Part shown: piece by piece, positions 59,795-64,000 of the stretch
Layout: each line of letters starts with the position of its first letter
Position numbering within the stretch: position 1 is the first letter of the stretch
Source: Gemmatimonadaceae bacterium
GTDB taxonomy: Bacteria; Gemmatimonadota; Gemmatimonadetes; Gemmatimonadales; Gemmatimonadaceae
Reading direction: 5' to 3'
Assembly: GCA_013817305.1 (NCBI GenBank)
Contig: JACDCY010000004.1
Location: 11,461 to 75,460, forward strand
Length of the DNA: 64,000 bases
Position numbers and translations under genes: made by a program
The notes under the pieces: generated by a model
Told to the model about the DNA's origin: nothing
The model's database searches: none
The model's input: the letters and a program-made list of their open reading frames with translations, nothing else

Positions 59795-59812
59795 GCGCGG
59801 ACGAGATTGAAT

Positions 59813-60562
59813 ATGCCTATCAAGGTCGGTGAGGTAGAGGCGCTGTTCCGGTACCCGGTGAAGTCCATGAGAGGCGAACTTCTCGATGTCGCGGACCTGG
59901 GCTGGCACGGTCTTGACGGCGACCGCCGCTTGGCCTTCCGTCGGGCTGATGCTCGCGGCGGCTTCCCGTGGCTTACCGCCTCCACGCTTCCGGAGCTGAT
60001 TCTCTTTTCTCCACAGCGGCAGGGACCCGCCGTCGATGGCAACCTCCCCACGCACGTTCGCACGCCTGATGGAGAGGATCTGGCTGTGTTTAGCCAGGAA
60101 CTGGCGACGGAGGTCGGTCGCCGCCATGGTGCGCCGGTCGAGATGATGCACCTGGACCGTGGCATCTTCGACGAGGCGAGCATCTCCGTGATTACCTCCG
60201 CCACGGTGAGCGAAATCGGCAGGCTCGCGGCTCAGCGCACAGACGTCCGAAGATTCCGACCGAACATCCTGATTGCGTCACTGCGATCAGTCCCCTTCGA
60301 GGAGGACGAATGGGTGGGAGGCGTCCTCTCGTTCGCGGAAACCAACGACGCCGCCATCGCGATCACCAACCGCGACGAGCGCTGCTCGATGGTGAACTTC
60401 GACCCTGACTCGGCACGCACGGCCCCAGAGGTGTTGAAGACGATTGTTCGAGCGAGGGACAACAAGGCTGGGGTCTACGGCACCGTGACTCGACGCGGGC
60501 GCCTCGCGGTAGGGCAGCCCATATTCTTCGAGCCGGCAGCCGAACATCGGGAGCGGCTGTGA
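59813..60562 (+). CDS. MOSC domain-containing protein (YcbX-like)
   Basis: MOSC N-terminal beta-barrel plus MOSC domain with the conserved Cys region (CSMVNFDPDS). Confidence 0.75.
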   Translation: MPIKVGEVEALFRYPVKSMRGELLDVADLGWHGLDGDRRLAFRRADARGGFPWLTASTLPELILFSPQRQGPAVDGNLPTHVRTPDGEDLAVFSQELATEVGRRHGAPVEMMHLDRGIFDEASISVITSATVSEIGRLAAQRTDVRRFRPNILIASLRSVPFEEDEWVGGVLSFAETNDAAIAITNRDERCSMVNFDPDSARTAPEVLKTIVRARDNKAGVYGTVTRRGRLAVGQPIFFEPAAEHRERL

Positions 60563-60610
60563 ACGTGTTTTGCCGACGTAGCGCGCGGAGCGGGGCTCCC
60601 GCGATAATGG

Positions 60611-60634
60611 CTACTCCTTCGTCTCCATCCAGTT
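60611..60634. repeat. repeat R4 (polA stop region: CTACTCCTTCGTCTCCATCCAGTT)
   Basis: Contains the polA stop codon and last codons. Shares the 14-mer with R1 and 22/24 with R2. Confidence 0.7.
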
Positions 60635-63562
60635 CTTCCCCACACCGATATCCACGACCAGAGGAACCGATAACTCTGCGGCGTGCTCCATCTCATACGT
60701 CACTAGAGCTTGCGCGATCTCGATCTCTTCCTCCGGTACTTCGAACACGAGCTCATCGTGCACCTGCAGCAGCATGCGCGTACGCAGTCCGCGCTCGCCG
60801 AGCACGCTGTGGATGTGAATCATTGCGAGCTTGATGAGATCGGCCGCCGACCCTTGAATCGGTGAGTTCGCGGCGGTGCGTTCGCCAAACGCGCGGATGT
60901 TGAAGTTCCTGTCGCGCAGCTCGGGGATGTAGCGCCTCCGGCCAAAGATGGTCTGCACGTAGCCATGCTCCCGCGCGAACTCGACCATCGAGTCGAGGTA
61001 CGCGCGGATCCCCTGGAAGCGCTCGAAGTATTTCGCGATGAACTCCTTCGCTTCCAAATGCTCGATGTGCAGCTGGCGCGACAGCGCCTGCGGCCCCTGC
61101 CCGTAGATCGTGGCGAAGTTGATGGTCTTCGCGCGTGCGCGCATCTCGGACGTCACGTCGGCAACTGGAACATCGAAGATTAACGACGCGGTCTGTCGGT
61201 GGATGTCGCCGCCCGCGTGAAACGCGTCTACGAACGCGGGATCGTTCGACAAGTGCGCAAGCAGGCGCAGCTCTATCTGTGAATAGTCGGCGGCGACCAG
61301 CGTCCATCCCTTCTCCGGAACGAATCCGCGCCTGATCTCGCGTCCCAGCTCGCGGCGGATCGGGATGTTCTGCAGGTTCGGGTCGCTCGATGACAGGCGC
61401 CCCGTCGCGGCCACCGTCTGGTTGAACGAAGTGTGCAGCCGCCCGGTCTCCGGGTTCACCAGCTCGGGCAGTGTATCCAGATACGTGTTCTCGAGCTTCG
61501 CAAGCTCGCGGTATTCCATCAGTAGCACGGGCAGGGTGTGCCCCTGCTCGGCGAGCTCCTGCAGCACGCTCGCGTCGGTGGACGGCCCGGTTGGCGTCTT
61601 CTTCAGCACCGGCAGCTCGAGCTTCACGAAAAGGATCTCGCGGAGCTGCGGGTTGGAAGCAATGTTGAACTCCGTTCCAGCAGCCTCGTATATCCGCTGC
61701 TCGACAACCTTTCGCTCGCGCTCGAAGCGGACCTTGAGCGACTTGAACCAATCGTCGTCAATCGCGATTCCGGTCCACTCCATGTCGCCCAGCACTGCCA
61801 CGAGCGGCATCTCCACGTCACGCAGCAGGTCCTTCAACGCAAACTTCTCGAGCTGAGGCTCGAACAGCGAGCGCAGCCGCAGCGTGATATCCGCGTCCTC
61901 GCACGAATAATCCCGCGCCGCGTCCACCGGGCATTCGTCGAACCGGAGCGCGTCGCGCCCCTTGCCGCACAGATCTTCGTACGACGTCATCGTATGCTGC
62001 AGAAACTCGAGCGCGAGAACGTCGAGCCCGTGCGAGCGACGCCCGGGATCCAGCACATAACTCGCGAGCATCGTGTCGAAATCAAGCCCGCGCAGCGTCA
62101 CGCCGGCTTTCCTCAGCGCGAGCAGATCGAACTTCGCGTTCTGCGCGCTCTTCGTGATGGAGGGATCCTCGAGCAGCTCGCGCAACGGTGCCATCTCCGC
62201 CGAGTCGAGCGGCGGCAAATTGTTGACCGGTGTCGCGCCGCCGCCGCTCAGCATCCGCGACGCGATGCTCTCGACCCTCTTCGCTATTCGCTTTTTGGGT
62301 CGGGTGGTTGCGCCGGTGGTCTCGTCGCCGCCGCGCACGGTCCCCCGGTCTTCCGGCGCATCGGTGGCCGAGCGATCTCCGGAAACATCCATCAGGAAAT
62401 CGGTCTGCTCTGCGGCGTGCGGCCGGTGACGGAGCGGGAAGTAGTACGCCTCGCCGGGAGCGATGGCGAGCGATATCCCGATGAGCCGTGACCGCAGCGG
62501 GTCGATCTTCGGAGGATCGCCGGCGGCTACCACGGTCTCGGTGTCGAGTGCGACAGTGCCCGCTTTGCGCGCCTTGGCGACAACCTCGGACATCTGTGCG
62601 AGGGTTTCGACCGTAGCGTACCGTCGCTCGAGCCCCGGCTCGGGAGCGCGCCTGGCGGGCGCGGCTTCCTTCGCTAGCGAATGGAACTCAAGCTCGACGA
62701 ACAGGTCGCGCAGTTGATCGCGGTCGGGCTCGCGCAGCTTGAGCGCGTCGAGATCGAGCGCGATGTCAAGATCCTCGCGAATCGTGACCAGCTCTTTCGA
62801 CAGTCGCGCGTTCGCGGCGTGCTCCTGCAGCGCCTCGCGCGGACGCTTCTTGGTGATCTCGCCGGCGCGCGCCAGGATGTCTTCCAGCCCGCCGTAGCTG
62901 TTGACGAGCTCTCTCGCTGTCTTGTCGCCGATGCCGCGAACGCCCGGCACGTTGTCCGACGAGTCGCCGACGAGAGCGAGGTAATCCGTGACTCTGTCCG
63001 GCGGGACGCCGAGGCGCTCGCTGGCGTTCTCGACGCCGACCCACTGCTCTTCCACAGCCGCTGAGCCGCCGCGTCCCGGATTCAGGATCCACACGCCGGG
63101 CCGTACGAGCTGCTGAAAATCCTTGTCACCCGAGACGACGACGACTTTGACGCCGCTCTCCGTTCCCCGGCGCGCGAGCGTACCGATCACGTCGTCCGCT
63201 TCGTATCCCTCGAGTGCGAGGATGGGGATTCGATACGCGTCGAGCAGCTGGCAGATGCGCAGCATCCCCCGGTCGAAATCAGCCTGAAGGTCGTCGGCAA
63301 GCTTCTCGCGCGTCGCCTTGTACGCGGGGTACCGCTCGTGGCGGAACGACAGCCCGGAGTCGTGCACCCAGCCCAGGTACTCGGGCTTCTGGGTCGTGAC
63401 CAGGCGCTGCAGAAAGTTGCTGATTCCCCAGACGGCGGAGGTGTTCTCGCCCTTGCTGGTAGTGAGCGGCCTGGCCATCAGCGCGTAGAACGCGCGATAG
63501 ATCAGGGCGTAGCCGTCTACGAGGAAAAGCCGGGGCGGCTCCGGGAGCTGCATCGCTCCCAA
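60611..63562 (-). CDS. polA: DNA polymerase I
   Basis: 5'-3' exonuclease, 3'-5' exo-like and polymerase domains. Motif A DYSQIELR and motif C VHDE present. 983 aa. Confidence 0.95.
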   Translation of the reverse strand: MGAMQLPEPPRLFLVDGYALIYRAFYALMARPLTTSKGENTSAVWGISNFLQRLVTTQKPEYLGWVHDSGLSFRHERYPAYKATREKLADDLQADFDRGMLRICQLLDAYRIPILALEGYEADDVIGTLARRGTESGVKVVVVSGDKDFQQLVRPGVWILNPGRGGSAAVEEQWVGVENASERLGVPPDRVTDYLALVGDSSDNVPGVRGIGDKTARELVNSYGGLEDILARAGEITKKRPREALQEHAANARLSKELVTIREDLDIALDLDALKLREPDRDQLRDLFVELEFHSLAKEAAPARRAPEPGLERRYATVETLAQMSEVVAKARKAGTVALDTETVVAAGDPPKIDPLRSRLIGISLAIAPGEAYYFPLRHRPHAAEQTDFLMDVSGDRSATDAPEDRGTVRGGDETTGATTRPKKRIAKRVESIASRMLSGGGATPVNNLPPLDSAEMAPLRELLEDPSITKSAQNAKFDLLALRKAGVTLRGLDFDTMLASYVLDPGRRSHGLDVLALEFLQHTMTSYEDLCGKGRDALRFDECPVDAARDYSCEDADITLRLRSLFEPQLEKFALKDLLRDVEMPLVAVLGDMEWTGIAIDDDWFKSLKVRFERERKVVEQRIYEAAGTEFNIASNPQLREILFVKLELPVLKKTPTGPSTDASVLQELAEQGHTLPVLLMEYRELAKLENTYLDTLPELVNPETGRLHTSFNQTVAATGRLSSSDPNLQNIPIRRELGREIRRGFVPEKGWTLVAADYSQIELRLLAHLSNDPAFVDAFHAGGDIHRQTASLIFDVPVADVTSEMRARAKTINFATIYGQGPQALSRQLHIEHLEAKEFIAKYFERFQGIRAYLDSMVEFAREHGYVQTIFGRRRYIPELRDRNFNIRAFGERTAANSPIQGSAADLIKLAMIHIHSVLGERGLRTRMLLQVHDELVFEVPEEEIEIAQALVTYEMEHAAELSVPLVVDIGVGKNWMETKE

Positions 63563-63584
63563 TATAGCCGCCCCGGCGGATCGC

Positions 63585-64000
63585 TTACTGAGCCAGGAGC
63601 CTCGAGGAAAGCGCGCGGAATTGGCTCTCGCTCTCGCGCGTCAACTCCCAGCGGCCGGCCTGCATCTCGTCGATGAATACAAGCTGTGCGCGGTGGCGCC
63701 GGTATTCCCACACCTGGACCGGGACTCTCGCCGCGGTGCCAAGCCGCTGGTCACGAACGGTCATGATCTGCTCGGCGATTTCATCGGGATCCCCGAGCGC
63801 TACATAGACCATCCCACGGTCCGACAGCCAGCCCGCGATGCCCTCGCTCCTGAAGCGGTCGTTCGCGAACTGGATCCTGCCGAAGTAGTCGCGCAGCCCC
63901 TCGTGCGTCGGAGTGCCTGGATCGGGGTCGGTCGCTCGGAGAAAATCGATCCACATCTGCGCGCGCTGCTGCGGAGGCGCGTTCCGGAGCGCCGCCAGCC
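63585..64000 (-). CDS. GWxTD domain protein, C-terminal part (N-terminus beyond window edge)
   Basis: GWLSDRGMVYVALGDPDE and VWEY match the GWxTD-domain signature. The reading frame stays open to nt 64000. Confidence 0.55.
   Translation of the reverse strand, partial: LAALRNAPPQQRAQMWIDFLRATDPDPGTPTHEGLRDYFGRIQFANDRFRSEGIAGWLSDRGMVYVALGDPDEIAEQIMTVRDQRLGTAARVPVQVWEYRRHRAQLVFIDEMQAGRWELTRESESQFRALSSRLLAQ

Noticed and set aside
1-64000. tRNA, rRNA and CRISPR arrays
   Set aside because: No T-loop GGTTCGAATCC-like signatures, no rRNA-like stretches and no regularly spaced short repeats were found by eye.

Overview
This is a 64-kb, high-GC (about 65-70%) bacterial chromosomal window that is densely packed with genes. 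The GWxTD-domain protein, the gene content and the GC level suggest a Gemmatimonadetes/Acidobacteria-like organism, but that is inference. No tRNA, rRNA or CRISPR array is visible.

The window is mostly core metabolism and housekeeping:
- a Ku-LigD-LigC non-homologous end-joining operon (1.1-6.0 kb)
- a long minus-strand gene string carrying argR plus argC-argB-argD-GNAT, with divergent argG-argH (16.9-23.8 kb)
- ispG
- two M16 peptidases and an M49 peptidase
- murB
- a flotillin/NfeD operon
- a serA/serB-like/class-V aminotransferase serine cluster
- mnmG, parA-parB with a double inverted parS site, and polA
- two cspA-type cold-shock genes

The non-routine content I could see:
1. A small low-GC island of three overlapping hypothetical genes, including a secreted Cys-rich lipoprotein with an Asp-box, lying next to mnmG (47.8-49.5 kb).
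2. A family of four related short direct repeats that copy the polA stop region and bracket two small accessory genes. This looks like integration-site accretion at the polA 3' end.
3. A lysine/serine-rich histone-H1-like protein built from 18-bp tandem DNA repeats.
4. An orphan ligase-associated DNA damage response exonuclease lying far from the ligase genes.
5. Several large imperfect inverted-repeat structures in intergenic regions (argR-argC, downstream of ispG, and between the MBL exonuclease and Wzc-like genes).
6. A perfect CRP-type palindrome upstream of a cupredoxin gene.
7. An AT-hook protein gene driven from an unusually AT-rich divergent promoter region.
8. A BY-kinase/Wzc homologue with a degenerate Walker A motif.

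All product calls come from recognisable motifs in the translated ORFs. No database searches were run.
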